Shown: positions 44,742-53,089 of the stretch, piece by piece
How positions within the stretch are numbered: the first letter of the stretch is position 1
How the letters are laid out: each line of letters opens with the position of its first letter
Made by a program: the position numbers and the translations under genes
NCBI GenBank assembly: GCA_022653695.1
Contig: JALCSW010000002.1
Coordinates: forward strand, 278,605-342,604
Reading direction: 5' to 3'
DNA: 64,000 bases
Source of the DNA: Bacilli bacterium
GTDB lineage: Bacteria > Bacillota_I > Bacilli_A > RFN20 > CAG-826
The notes under the pieces: generated by a model
What the model saw: the letters and a program-made list of their open reading frames with translations, nothing else
The model's database searches: none
Told to the model about the DNA's origin: nothing

Positions 44742-45023
44742 TTAATCGACGACGGCCAGGATATCCTCGGCCTTGATGAGCAGATACTTATGCCCATCGT
44801 CTTCGTAATCGGTTCCCGCGTATTCGCGGTAGACCACTTTGTCGCCGACTTTGATTCCTTTGATCGGAAGCAAACCTTTCGCGGCGTCTTCCTTTCCAGG
44901 CCCTATGGCCAGAACGGTAGCCAAGTTGCCGGTCTTCTTTTCGCTCGTGAGAACGATTGAGCCGACTTTCTTCTCATTCGGAACTTTCTCGATGAGAAGA
45001 TTGTCGCCTAACGGTTTGATCAT
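44742..45023 (-). CDS. groES: co-chaperonin GroES
   Basis: MIKPLGDNLLIEKV... 93 aa. GGAGG SD. Confidence 0.97.
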   Translation of the reverse strand: MIKPLGDNLLIEKVPNEKKVGSIVLTSEKKTGNLATVLAIGPGKEDAAKGLLPIKGIKVGDKVVYREYAGTDYEDDGHKYLLIKAEDILAVVD

Positions 45024-45074
45024 TTGATTTCCTCCATCCCTAATAGCGGGTTCAAGTGTAGTTTAATACGGCTT

Positions 45075-45101
45075 TTGGCACTGTCAAGCCCAGAGTGCCA
45101 A
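45075..45101 (-). promoter_or_regulatory. CIRCE-like HrcA operator (variant)
   Basis: TTGGCACTG-N9-GAGTGCCAA compared with the consensus TTAGCACTC-N9-GAGTGCTAA. It overlaps the groES -35 TTGACA (45087..45082 on the minus strand). Confidence 0.7.
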
Positions 45102-45354
45102 AATCGTTCTCGGATCAAAACACATCAATGTAAGCACTTTCATTAGTATATCCTATTAATTTAAATTAATTGAAATGACATTTTAAAATTTCCAATAACT
45201 ACGATAATAACTAGTGTTATATCACTTTTTAATGACGTAATTTTAGCAACTGCTTTTTAAATAACTTGCGAATACGAAAAAGTAACTACAATTTTAACTT
45301 TTATCTCATTATAATTTGACGTTGGGTTCCAGAAAAGGCGGAATCCAAAATCCA

Positions 45355-46782
45355 ATGATGAAGAACAAAAGGCTGGCCGTGATCGCGATGACCACCGCCG
45401 CGCTTGGGCTCGGAGGGACCCTTGTCGCATATCTGGCCGAACAAGGACAATCACTCCAAACGGTCGTGGCTTCCGATTCAACTTGGGACGGTTTCACCCG
45501 CACGCCGTATAGCGACACCACCGTTTCGTATAACGGCGGAACTTATTATGTTATCGAGAACGCCGAGGAACTTGCCTATGTGGCCACCGACGAGGCTTCT
45601 TGGGCCAAGGATTTCCTAGTCACGGGCGATATCGATCTCGGCAACAGAAACTGGACTCCGATCGCTCCGATCCTCGACTCGAGCAACATCGTTTCTTTCA
45701 CCGGGGTCATGGATTTCAACGGACACATAGTTAGCAACTTGAAACTCGATTATTCCTATGCCCTAAACGACGCCAACAACAATAATCACTGGAATAATGG
45801 CAACCGCGATAAGTGGACCGCCTGCAATATCGGCCTCTTCGGAAACGTCAGCGGCACCGTCCGCAACCTCAACCTCAAGGACGTTAGCGTCGATTTGACC
45901 TCAAGTCTCTACCGCAATTATGTCGGTGCCGTCGCCGGCTGCAACGACGGAACCATCGAGTCCGTCACCTTGAATGGCCTCGAAATGAACGTCACTTTCA
46001 ACGCCGGCGGTTATCGTTATGGCTATGAAAACGCCAGCGGAGCCCTCGTCGGCTTCAATGGAGGCACCATCCAAAACGCCCTTTATCTTCGTGGCGAGAT
46101 GAAGACCTCGAATTATAACGGCGACTGGTGGAACGGCAAAGCCCTGACCGGCACCATCTATGGGAAAGGCAACTGGGATTCCTTATTGAACGACGTATAC
46201 GCCGACTCTACGGAAACCTCTTCCGCCATCGGCGGATGGGGCCTCACCGACACCTGGTCTTTCCCCACTCCCGGCGATCTCAGCGACGGCACCGTTGAGG
46301 AAGCCATCGAGGCCATCAACGATTCCGTTGCCGAATCTTCTTCGACCACGGGTAACGCCGCCCTGAGCCTCAGCTATGACGGCGATGTCCTCCTCTTTGG
46401 TGGGCATGAAGCCAATTCCGGGGGCCAAGCCAGCCGCAACGAGGCTACCGATATGCTGGCCGACTTCTTGCTGTTAAGGCCCTGCGTCGATTGCGACAAA
46501 GTCGGCGGCTATTGGGACTTCTACAGCACGGATCCGACCGTGAAGAACGCCTTTGACGATTACCCCATGCACGATCCCCTCACCGATGAGGACTACACCG
46601 CCGGCAGCCGTCTCGCCTATATGCACAACTATTCCCTTTCCAAAACCGAAACGGGAGAGCTCATCAGCAAGGAAAGCCTCTCGGCCATCTCGAGCGAGGG
46701 GGAAGCCATCCTCACCGTCGGCACCGTCAGCGTGACTCTCGCCATCGGCGGCTATTTCCTCCTCAAGAGAAAGACCGCCTGA
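45355..46782 (+). CDS. surface protein with GLUG-type motifs and a C-terminal TM anchor
   Basis: MMKNKRLAVIAMTTAALGLGGTLVAYLA signal/anchor. NIGLFGNVSGTVRNLNLKDV, VGAVAGCNDGTIESV and GALVGFNGGTIQNA repeats. C-terminal LTVGTVSVTLAIGGYFLLKRKTA with no LPXTG. Confidence 0.7.
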   Translation: MMKNKRLAVIAMTTAALGLGGTLVAYLAEQGQSLQTVVASDSTWDGFTRTPYSDTTVSYNGGTYYVIENAEELAYVATDEASWAKDFLVTGDIDLGNRNWTPIAPILDSSNIVSFTGVMDFNGHIVSNLKLDYSYALNDANNNNHWNNGNRDKWTACNIGLFGNVSGTVRNLNLKDVSVDLTSSLYRNYVGAVAGCNDGTIESVTLNGLEMNVTFNAGGYRYGYENASGALVGFNGGTIQNALYLRGEMKTSNYNGDWWNGKALTGTIYGKGNWDSLLNDVYADSTETSSAIGGWGLTDTWSFPTPGDLSDGTVEEAIEAINDSVAESSSTTGNAALSLSYDGDVLLFGGHEANSGGQASRNEATDMLADFLLLRPCVDCDKVGGYWDFYSTDPTVKNAFDDYPMHDPLTDEDYTAGSRLAYMHNYSLSKTETGELISKESLSAISSEGEAILTVGTVSVTLAIGGYFLLKRKTA

Positions 46783-46802
46783 GCGGCATCGTGAAATATG
46801 AC

Positions 46803-46829
46803 GCCCGCCTTTTGCGGCGGGCTTTTTTT
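46803..46829 (+). terminator. rho-independent terminator
   Basis: GCCCGCC TTTTGC GGCGGGC followed by T7. Confidence 0.75.
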
Positions 46830-46894
46830 ATTTCCCCGGTTTTTAGGTGCGAGCCTTATAATGCTTATATAAAAATAAGGAACGGGAAAAAACA

Positions 46895-47374
46895 ATGGTC
46901 ATCATCACGGTTAAAGGCTACGGCGACATCAAAATCGAACTCGACTACGACAACGCGCCCATTTCGGCGAAGAATTTCGCCGCCTTGGTTGGCAAAGGCT
47001 TCTATAACGGCCTTTCTTTTCATCGCGTCATTCGTCATTTCATGATCCAGGGAGGCGACCCGGAAGGAACCGGAATGGGCGGAGCCGGTTATGAGATCAA
47101 AGGCGAATTCGCCCAAAACGGGGTCCCCAACCGCTTGTCCCACAAGCGCGGCGTCATTTCGATGGCGCGAGCAAGCGACCCGGACTCAGCCTCCAGCCAA
47201 TTTTTCATTTGCGACAAAGACGACGAATTCCTCGATGGGGCTTACGCCGCCTTCGGAAAAGTCGTCGAGGGGATGGACGTGGTCGATCAAATCGCGCTCA
47301 ATCGGACGGACGGCCTCGATAAACCCCTCGTTCCCGTCATTATTGAAAAGGCCATCCTCGTCGGCGAGAAATAG
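46895..47374 (+). CDS. ppiB: peptidyl-prolyl cis-trans isomerase, cyclophilin type
   Basis: FHRVIRHFMIQGGDP, SMARA...SQFFI motifs. Confidence 0.95.
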   Translation: MVIITVKGYGDIKIELDYDNAPISAKNFAALVGKGFYNGLSFHRVIRHFMIQGGDPEGTGMGGAGYEIKGEFAQNGVPNRLSHKRGVISMARASDPDSASSQFFICDKDDEFLDGAYAAFGKVVEGMDVVDQIALNRTDGLDKPLVPVIIEKAILVGEK

Positions 47375-47723
47375 AGACTCTGTCAAAGGAGATTATCGGT
47401 CTTGGCAAGGAACCGGGAGTCCGCACCGCAACGGAGGCTCAGTTTCATTCGCCAGAAAAAACGTCTTTTTCGAAACGAAAAAACTGTTTTTTTGTCGACC
47501 CCAGCCATAAAAGAAACACCGTCGGTTTCCTCGTCGCGACCACATTTGGCTTTTTGAAAAGACGAAAGGGGCAGAAGGACGCCCATTCAAAATTGTTATT
47601 ATATATTTCTATAACTATCTGAAATTAAAGAGTGATATAAAGTTTAACTTAACGATATAGGCAAAATAATATTTGTACATTCGCTTTTTTTGGTTTATAA
47701 CATAGTCAGGAAAGCGAGAAAAA

Positions 47724-48494
47724 ATGGCAGAAAAAAAGATACCTAGGAAATGTCCTGTCTGCGGAGGACCCTTGAGCATAACGAGGCTCTCATGCCACCG
47801 CTGCGGGTCCGAGATCACGTGCGATTTCCCCATGGAGGGAAACGCGAGCGTAAGCGACGAGGACATGGATTTCATTAAGCTGTTCCTCTTCTATGAAGGC
47901 AGCCTCACGAAAATGCAAAGCGCTTTGTCGGTCGGCTACTTAGAAGTCAAGAGACGCCTTTATCAAATAAACGAAAAACTAGGAAACGAGGTAAATAAAG
48001 TGAACGAAGAAACGCTGAAATCGATGGCGAACACCAGCGGCGACAGCATGGTGGTCGCCCGATTGAAGGAAAAGATGCGCCAATGCGGCGGAAGATCCAG
48101 CATGATTATGCTGAGAGGGGACCCCATAGGCATTCGCCTTTCCCCGGACGGGAAGGGCATCATCGCCGACTCTTATCGGTCTTTGGTAATGGAATGGCGG
48201 ATTTTCGACGCCATCGTGGACAAGGCCAATTCTTTGGGCGGAAAGATGTTCAAAGGCGACGCGATGGCCCAGGGCGGAGCCAGAATCGGAAGCGTCGACT
48301 TCCCTTTGGATACGATCGACGCCTATATCTCCACCAGGTTCTACGGCTCGAAAATAGGCGAGACGGCCACAAGAAGATCGACGTATTATTGCGCGGTCCT
48401 CTCTTGGGCCGATATCGTCGAGAACCATCGGAGCGAAGGCGAAGGCAGCTTCATCAAGGTCCTGGCTCCGTTTGGACGGAACGAGGGCTGGTGA
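47724..48494 (+). CDS. DUF2089-type zinc-ribbon/HTH protein fused to an unknown C-terminal domain of about 150 aa
   Basis: KCPVCGGPLSITRLSCHRCGSEI zinc ribbon, then FIKLFLFYEGSLTKMQSALSVGYLEVKRRL HTH-like segment. The length of 256 aa compares with my recollection of about 110-120 aa for stand-alone members. Confidence 0.75.
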   Translation: MAEKKIPRKCPVCGGPLSITRLSCHRCGSEITCDFPMEGNASVSDEDMDFIKLFLFYEGSLTKMQSALSVGYLEVKRRLYQINEKLGNEVNKVNEETLKSMANTSGDSMVVARLKEKMRQCGGRSSMIMLRGDPIGIRLSPDGKGIIADSYRSLVMEWRIFDAIVDKANSLGGKMFKGDAMAQGGARIGSVDFPLDTIDAYISTRFYGSKIGETATRRSTYYCAVLSWADIVENHRSEGEGSFIKVLAPFGRNEGW

Positions 48495-48600
48495 GCGAGT
48501 CGCGATGAAGGCGGCTAGGAAAAGCCTCGCGCCGCTTCTCTAGCGGCAAAAACGGCTCCACCAACAACGATGGGGTCGTTTTTCGGCGACGTTTCCTCGT

Positions 48601-49530
48601 CTATGGCTTAGTTTTCTCGTTCTTTTTCGGGAACTTGGCGCGGAAATCCGCGCGGACCTTTTGGATAAGGGAACGTTTCTTCTTGTCTTTTTCCACGCTC
48701 ACGTAGAAGATCCCATAAACCAAGGGGCCGATATGGCTCCCGATGAGGGGATCGATTTGGATTATGGGCAAGTCTTTTTTATCGGGATAGGCCGGATAGA
48801 AATGCTGATCCAAGAAACGGTCAAGGATCGCCCGGTCGCTCGAATAGAAAAGATAGCACGGATAATCGAAGTCGATCGGCTCGGCTTTCGAACGATCGAC
48901 GACGAACTTCATCGCGTTCTTGGTGCCGATGACTTTGCCGGCCAAAATCACCGAACCATCTTCGAGGGTGCCGATCGGTTTGGCGTGCAAAAAGATGCCA
49001 AGGGCCAAATGGAATTTGGAAAGACGGCCGCCTTTATAGACGTAATCCAGCGTGTCCATCCCGGCGAAAACCCGGATTTTCCCCCGAAGATCGGCCAAAT
49101 AGGCGATCAATTCCCCGATGGGTTCCCCGATTCGATGAAGCGTTTCTTCGAGCATTATCCGAATGCCGCCAAAGAAAGAAAGGGTGTCGAAGAGATGGAT
49201 CCTCTCGGGATGGTGGCACATGGAACGGGCCAAGGTGGCCGCCTGGAAGGCGCCGGAGACCTTGCTCGATATGGAAAGCAGCAAGACGTCGTCGCCATCT
49301 TTGCTCGCCTCTTCGAAGACATCCAAATACAATTTCGGCGAGGGCTGCGCGGTCTTCGGCATCGGGCCGTCGGCGATGAGCTTATAAAACTCGTCGGCCG
49401 TGATATCGACTCCCTCAGAGAAAGTCTTCTCGCCAATCGTGACGCTGAGCGGGACGAAATAAAGCCCTTGGGCGAGGGCGTCCGCCCGCGAGAGACCGCT
49501 GGATGAGTCAACGACGACCTTCAAAGCCAT
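48601..49530 (-). CDS. DegV family fatty-acid-binding protein (second paralogue) with a Lys-rich C-terminal tail
   Basis: MALKVVVDSSSGL... GGGGGA SD. Starts 15 nt after the lacI-family stop. Confidence 0.88.
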   Translation of the reverse strand: MALKVVVDSSSGLSRADALAQGLYFVPLSVTIGEKTFSEGVDITADEFYKLIADGPMPKTAQPSPKLYLDVFEEASKDGDDVLLLSISSKVSGAFQAATLARSMCHHPERIHLFDTLSFFGGIRIMLEETLHRIGEPIGELIAYLADLRGKIRVFAGMDTLDYVYKGGRLSKFHLALGIFLHAKPIGTLEDGSVILAGKVIGTKNAMKFVVDRSKAEPIDFDYPCYLFYSSDRAILDRFLDQHFYPAYPDKKDLPIIQIDPLIGSHIGPLVYGIFYVSVEKDKKKRSLIQKVRADFRAKFPKKNEKTKP

Positions 49531-49544
49531 CAGTTTTCCCCCGT

Positions 49545-50549
49545 TCAACGATTGATGGTGCTGTTGCGCTCGATGAGTTTCGCGTCGAAGCGGTAGCTCT
49601 TCTCGATCAGATCGTTATGGATGAGGTCGATGAGCATGTACATGGCCCGCTTGCCCACTTCCTGCATGTCGATATGCATGGCCGTGAGGGTCGGGCGGAT
49701 GATGTTGGCGTATTTGGTGCCGACGAGCGAAAGGACCTCGACGTCCTCCGGAACCTTAAGGCCCGCGTCGGTCGCGGCGTTTTCGCAAGCGGCCGCGATG
49801 GAATCGCGATAGGCCACGAAATATCCGCCGCGATGGATTTTGAAATAATCGCAGAAATCGCCGTAAGTGCGGGTGTAGCTGTCGTCGCAGTTGACGATGT
49901 GATACGCTTTCCCGATCTTTTCATGGGTGTCGACGAACGTTTTTTCGCAACGCCCCAGCAATCTTCCGCCGTCATGGACGTGAAGGAAAGTCATTTCCTT
50001 GTCGCCGCCCTTGGCGTAGTAGTCCTTGATTATCTCCTTCAAGAGTTCCCCATAAGCGAAAAGCACGCATCCGACGCGGTCGGCGACGACGCGGTTATTG
50101 ATAACGATGGTCGGAACGCTGTAGGAGGATATTTTCATGACGTCCTCGTCATCCAACTCATCATCGAAAATGATGGCCCCATCCACGTGGGTCGTGATCA
50201 CTTTCTCGATCATCGAAAGGGCCTCGTCGCGACTGTGGCTCGTCGTGAACAGAGTCAAAACGAACCCCTTTTCCTTGGCGACGACGCTGATGCCGTTAAG
50301 CATGTTTGAGATGTAAACGTAATTGGCGCTCGGGATGATGACGCCGATGTTGGTGGTTTTGTTGGTGGCGAGGGCCTGGGCCAAACCGCTTGGCTTGTAG
50401 CCCAAACGCTTGATGGTCTCCTCGACTTTGGCTCTGGTGGTATCGGTGACGTTGCCCTGCTTGTTGATGACTCGCGAAACGGTGGCGAGAGAAACCCCGG
50501 CCGCCTGAGCGACTTGATATATCGTGACGCGATCCTTTAGGTTATCCAT
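49545..50549 (-). CDS. LacI family transcriptional regulator
   Basis: VTIYQVAQAAGVSLATVSRVIN HTH plus a periplasmic-binding-fold body. GGAGG lies 8 nt before the chosen Met. Confidence 0.9.
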   Translation of the reverse strand: MDNLKDRVTIYQVAQAAGVSLATVSRVINKQGNVTDTTRAKVEETIKRLGYKPSGLAQALATNKTTNIGVIIPSANYVYISNMLNGISVVAKEKGFVLTLFTTSHSRDEALSMIEKVITTHVDGAIIFDDELDDEDVMKISSYSVPTIVINNRVVADRVGCVLFAYGELLKEIIKDYYAKGGDKEMTFLHVHDGGRLLGRCEKTFVDTHEKIGKAYHIVNCDDSYTRTYGDFCDYFKIHRGGYFVAYRDSIAAACENAATDAGLKVPEDVEVLSLVGTKYANIIRPTLTAMHIDMQEVGKRAMYMLIDLIHNDLIEKSYRFDAKLIERNSTINR

Positions 50550-50592
50550 TGAAGGCACCTCCAAGGACATTATATGTAAATATTTTCATTAA

Positions 50593-50615
50593 ACAATGAA
50601 AAAACAAATCATTGT
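50593..50615. promoter_or_regulatory. inverted repeat ACAATGA-N9-TCATTGT overlapping the lacI-family promoter (candidate operator)
   Basis: Perfect 7-bp arms. On the minus strand the -35 TTGTTT and TATAAT of the lacI-family gene lie within or next to it. Confidence 0.4.
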
Positions 50616-50681
50616 ACGTTTCCAAAAACCGGAAAAATTGATATTTATGGCTTTTTTACTGCCTTTTATAATATCGGTAAA

Positions 50682-50719
50682 ATGAAAACGATTGACCGTA
50701 TTATGGCCAATCGTTTCAT
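50682..50719 (-). terminator. long AT-rich hairpin downstream of the NAPRT-like gene
   Basis: ATGAAAACGATTG / CAATCGTTTCAT arms (12-13 nt) 10 nt after the stop, with a T-rich tail on the minus strand. Confidence 0.45.
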
Positions 50720-50728
50720 CATTAAGCC

Positions 50729-51838
50729 CTATTTTTCGATAAACGGAACGTTCTGGAGCCGTTTGGAGGGGATGTCGCGTCGGCCTTCCTTGGCCTCGTC
50801 CCTCCCATCGAGCCTCACCAGATCGCCGGTGAAGCCGACGGTCGTGTTCCGCACGAGTGCCGAACCGACCCCGTATGTGTCGACAGGCACGCCGAGGCGC
50901 GTCCATTCGTCGATTTTCTCAGCCGTGAAACCGCTGCTCACGACGATCTTGACCCAGGGGGCCCCGGCCTCGTCAAGGGCTTTCCGAAGGGCGAAAATCA
51001 GCTCTTTGCAAACCCCGTGGGGATCGAAAAGGGAGGTGTCTTTGCCGTCGAAAAAGTGATCGATGAGGGCCTTGGAGGTGTCGACGCGGACGGCCGAAAG
51101 GTCGCGACCCATCCGCTTGGCGAGATCCACGGCGTCGTAAACGCAGTTGTTATGGTAATCGATGAGGGCGGTCGCCGGCTCATCCGGGAACGTCTTGTGG
51201 TAGAGCATCGTGGCCTCGTACACGTCGCCGCCGCAAATCTCGATGAGGGCGTGCGGCATGGTTCCCATGCCCTTGACTCCGACCCACGCCCCTTGAGCGT
51301 CGGTCGAGAATTTCCTGATGCCCGCCACGTAGGTCGCGTAGCCGTCGCCCGCTTGGGTGAGGTAATCGTCCTGACGGTCCGCCATCGAGAAAGTGTTGGT
51401 CCCCCGAAGCGCGCGCACGACTTCGTTCACGTTGGTGGCGACCGAACTGCGACGGGCCAAAATGCCATCGATCAAGGACTCGAGAAAGCCAAAGTCCTCG
51501 TAGCGGCCGGTGACTTTAAGGGCCGGCTCGCCGCTATCGATCATCTCCCCGTCCCTAAGGGCCTCGATGCGAAGGGTCTCCGGATGGTGGGCGAAAGTGT
51601 GGATGAGGGCGATCGATTCGTCGAGTCCGCACGCCATCGCGTCGTCGCGGCGCTGAAACCACTGCTCCGTCACGATGTGGCCCGGGGCCCGCTCCAAGAC
51701 GATCCGGCGCGAACGCAGGAAATAGTTGGCCGAATAATAGCCCTCCGCGATCAGGGGATCGAACTTGAACGTCTTATTGCTGAGACGCTCGATTTCGCCT
51801 TTTTCCTTAAGGCGCATCTCGCATGTTTCGTTGCTCAT
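50729..51838 (-). CDS. nicotinate phosphoribosyltransferase-like protein (short archaeal-type NAPRT family)
   Basis: ADRQDDYLTQAGDGYATYVAG...GMGTMPHALIE and VDTYGVGSAL segments are typical of type II PRTases. GGAGGA SD. Starts 1 nt after the ytpR stop. Confidence 0.8.
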   Translation of the reverse strand: MSNETCEMRLKEKGEIERLSNKTFKFDPLIAEGYYSANYFLRSRRIVLERAPGHIVTEQWFQRRDDAMACGLDESIALIHTFAHHPETLRIEALRDGEMIDSGEPALKVTGRYEDFGFLESLIDGILARRSSVATNVNEVVRALRGTNTFSMADRQDDYLTQAGDGYATYVAGIRKFSTDAQGAWVGVKGMGTMPHALIEICGGDVYEATMLYHKTFPDEPATALIDYHNNCVYDAVDLAKRMGRDLSAVRVDTSKALIDHFFDGKDTSLFDPHGVCKELIFALRKALDEAGAPWVKIVVSSGFTAEKIDEWTRLGVPVDTYGVGSALVRNTTVGFTGDLVRLDGRDEAKEGRRDIPSKRLQNVPFIEK

Positions 51839-51839
51839 A

Positions 51840-52436
51840 TTAGTGTCCTCCGAGGAAAAAATCCTCGCCCGGAACGTAGCCTTCGGCGAAGAAGGCGCCC
51901 GGTTCATCGGCCAATTTCAGTTCTTTGCTTGCGCAGATGGAGCATTCGTTAGGGATGTTGCGGCTCACGAACGCGTGGAAAACCGTTCCATCGTAGAGGA
52001 TGGTCCCCTCAAGGGCCACGACGACCGATTTCCCAATTTCGAGGTTAGGGAACCAGCTGACGGTCGAGAGGGTCCTTTCCCCCAAAGAAAGGGTGACGAT
52101 ATGGGCCCTTTCGTCGAGCGGATGCTCTTCGAGGCCCACGATTTCGGCGACTTCGTAACCGCTGTCGAGACAAGGGGGCAAAGGCGCCAGAGACGCTTCG
52201 CCGATCATGGCGTTCACGACGTCAAGGAGCTCTTGGCTCGGGGCGAAAATGATGCCGCTAGCCTTCAAATGAAAGACTTCGCTCACGGCGAAGATGTTGA
52301 TTCCCACGAGATCGTCATGGCAATAAAGGGCCTCAACGCGGCCTTTCCGTTCGTGGCGATCGGCCTTTTTCTCCGGATCGATGAGCACGAAAAGGATATC
52401 GCCGGTGATAGGATGGTTGTAGAACAAGCGATACAT
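51840..52436 (-). CDS. ytpR: YtpR-like tRNA-binding domain protein
   Basis: MYRLFYNHPITGDILFVLI N-domain plus a C-terminal EMAP/CsaA-like OB fold (YEVAEIVGLEEHPLDERAHIVTLSLG). AAGGAGGA SD. Confidence 0.75.
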   Translation of the reverse strand: MYRLFYNHPITGDILFVLIDPEKKADRHERKGRVEALYCHDDLVGINIFAVSEVFHLKASGIIFAPSQELLDVVNAMIGEASLAPLPPCLDSGYEVAEIVGLEEHPLDERAHIVTLSLGERTLSTVSWFPNLEIGKSVVVALEGTILYDGTVFHAFVSRNIPNECSICASKELKLADEPGAFFAEGYVPGEDFFLGGH

Positions 52437-52459
52437 GCCTCTCCTCCTTCTAGATAATA

Positions 52460-53089
52460 CTACTTGGCTTGCGCCTTTGCCCGAGCGAAGACGGCGCGAT
52501 GGATCGGCTTCCCTTCGTCGCGGAAAGCGCGCTCATACTCGCTTTCGGCGTCCTCCGACCCGTCGAGCCGATAATCGGGCTCCTCATCGAGGACGGCGAG
52601 GCCGGCCCGGCGGGCGTTGTCAAGCGTGAAGGCGTAAAGAACGTCGTTGTCGGTTTTGAAATACAGGCGCCCACTCGCTGTGAGGAGAGCGGCCATCTTG
52701 AGGAGCCGCTCCGTGGTCGTAAGGCGCCGCTTGGCGTGCTTCCTCTTCGGCCAAGGATCGGAAAAGTTGAGATAGACGCCTTCGAATGCCCCCTTTTTTA
52801 GGGAGGGGTAAACCTCGTCGAAATCCTGAGTCATGACAATGACGTTGCCAAGCTCGGCGGCAAGGATTTTTTTGGCCAGAACCCCGCTCACGGACACTTC
52901 GCGCTCAAGGGCGAGCCACCGCCCGCCGCGAGCGGCCATCTGAACCACGAAATCGCCCTTTCCGGCCCCTATTTCCAGATAAAGCGGACCCTTTTCGTAA
53001 AAAGGGCTGTCGAGCGGCAGCGTTTCCTTCACGAGTTCGGGATGCTCAAGAAGGAAAGGAAGCGCCCACTTCTTGCGTCGGGCTCTCAC
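52460..53089 (-). CDS. trmB: tRNA (guanine-N7)-methyltransferase
   Basis: V(GTG)RARRKKWA..., LEIGAGKGDF, LNFSDPWPKRKHAKRRL. The GTG start overlaps the pepV stop (GTGA). The longer track ORF was rejected. Confidence 0.9.
   Translation of the reverse strand: MRARRKKWALPFLLEHPELVKETLPLDSPFYEKGPLYLEIGAGKGDFVVQMAARGGRWLALEREVSVSGVLAKKILAAELGNVIVMTQDFDEVYPSLKKGAFEGVYLNFSDPWPKRKHAKRRLTTTERLLKMAALLTASGRLYFKTDNDVLYAFTLDNARRAGLAVLDEEPDYRLDGSEDAESEYERAFRDEGKPIHRAVFARAKAQAK

Noticed and set aside
45190-45290. Four copies of an ATAACT-like word (AATAACTAC, AATAACTAG, AATAACTTG, GTAACTAC) in the groES / GLUG-protein intergenic region.
   Set aside because: The region is extremely AT-rich. The word is short, the spacing is irregular and there is no dyad symmetry, so this is consistent with chance.
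47375-47723. About 350-nt spacer after ppiB, checked for a riboswitch, sRNA or small ORFs (67-aa and 65-aa minus-strand ORFs).
   Set aside because: I recognised no conserved RNA motif. The only features are a weak AU-rich hairpin (TTTTTCG AAA CGAAAAA) plus a T-run that may terminate ppiB, and the DUF2089 gene promoter. The small ORFs lack an SD and look random.
50682-50694. TGAAAACGATTGAC, considered as a cre (CcpA) site or LacI operator half.
   Set aside because: It matches the cre consensus TGWAANCGNTNWCA only in the left half. It is better explained as one arm of the terminator hairpin downstream of the NAPRT-like gene.
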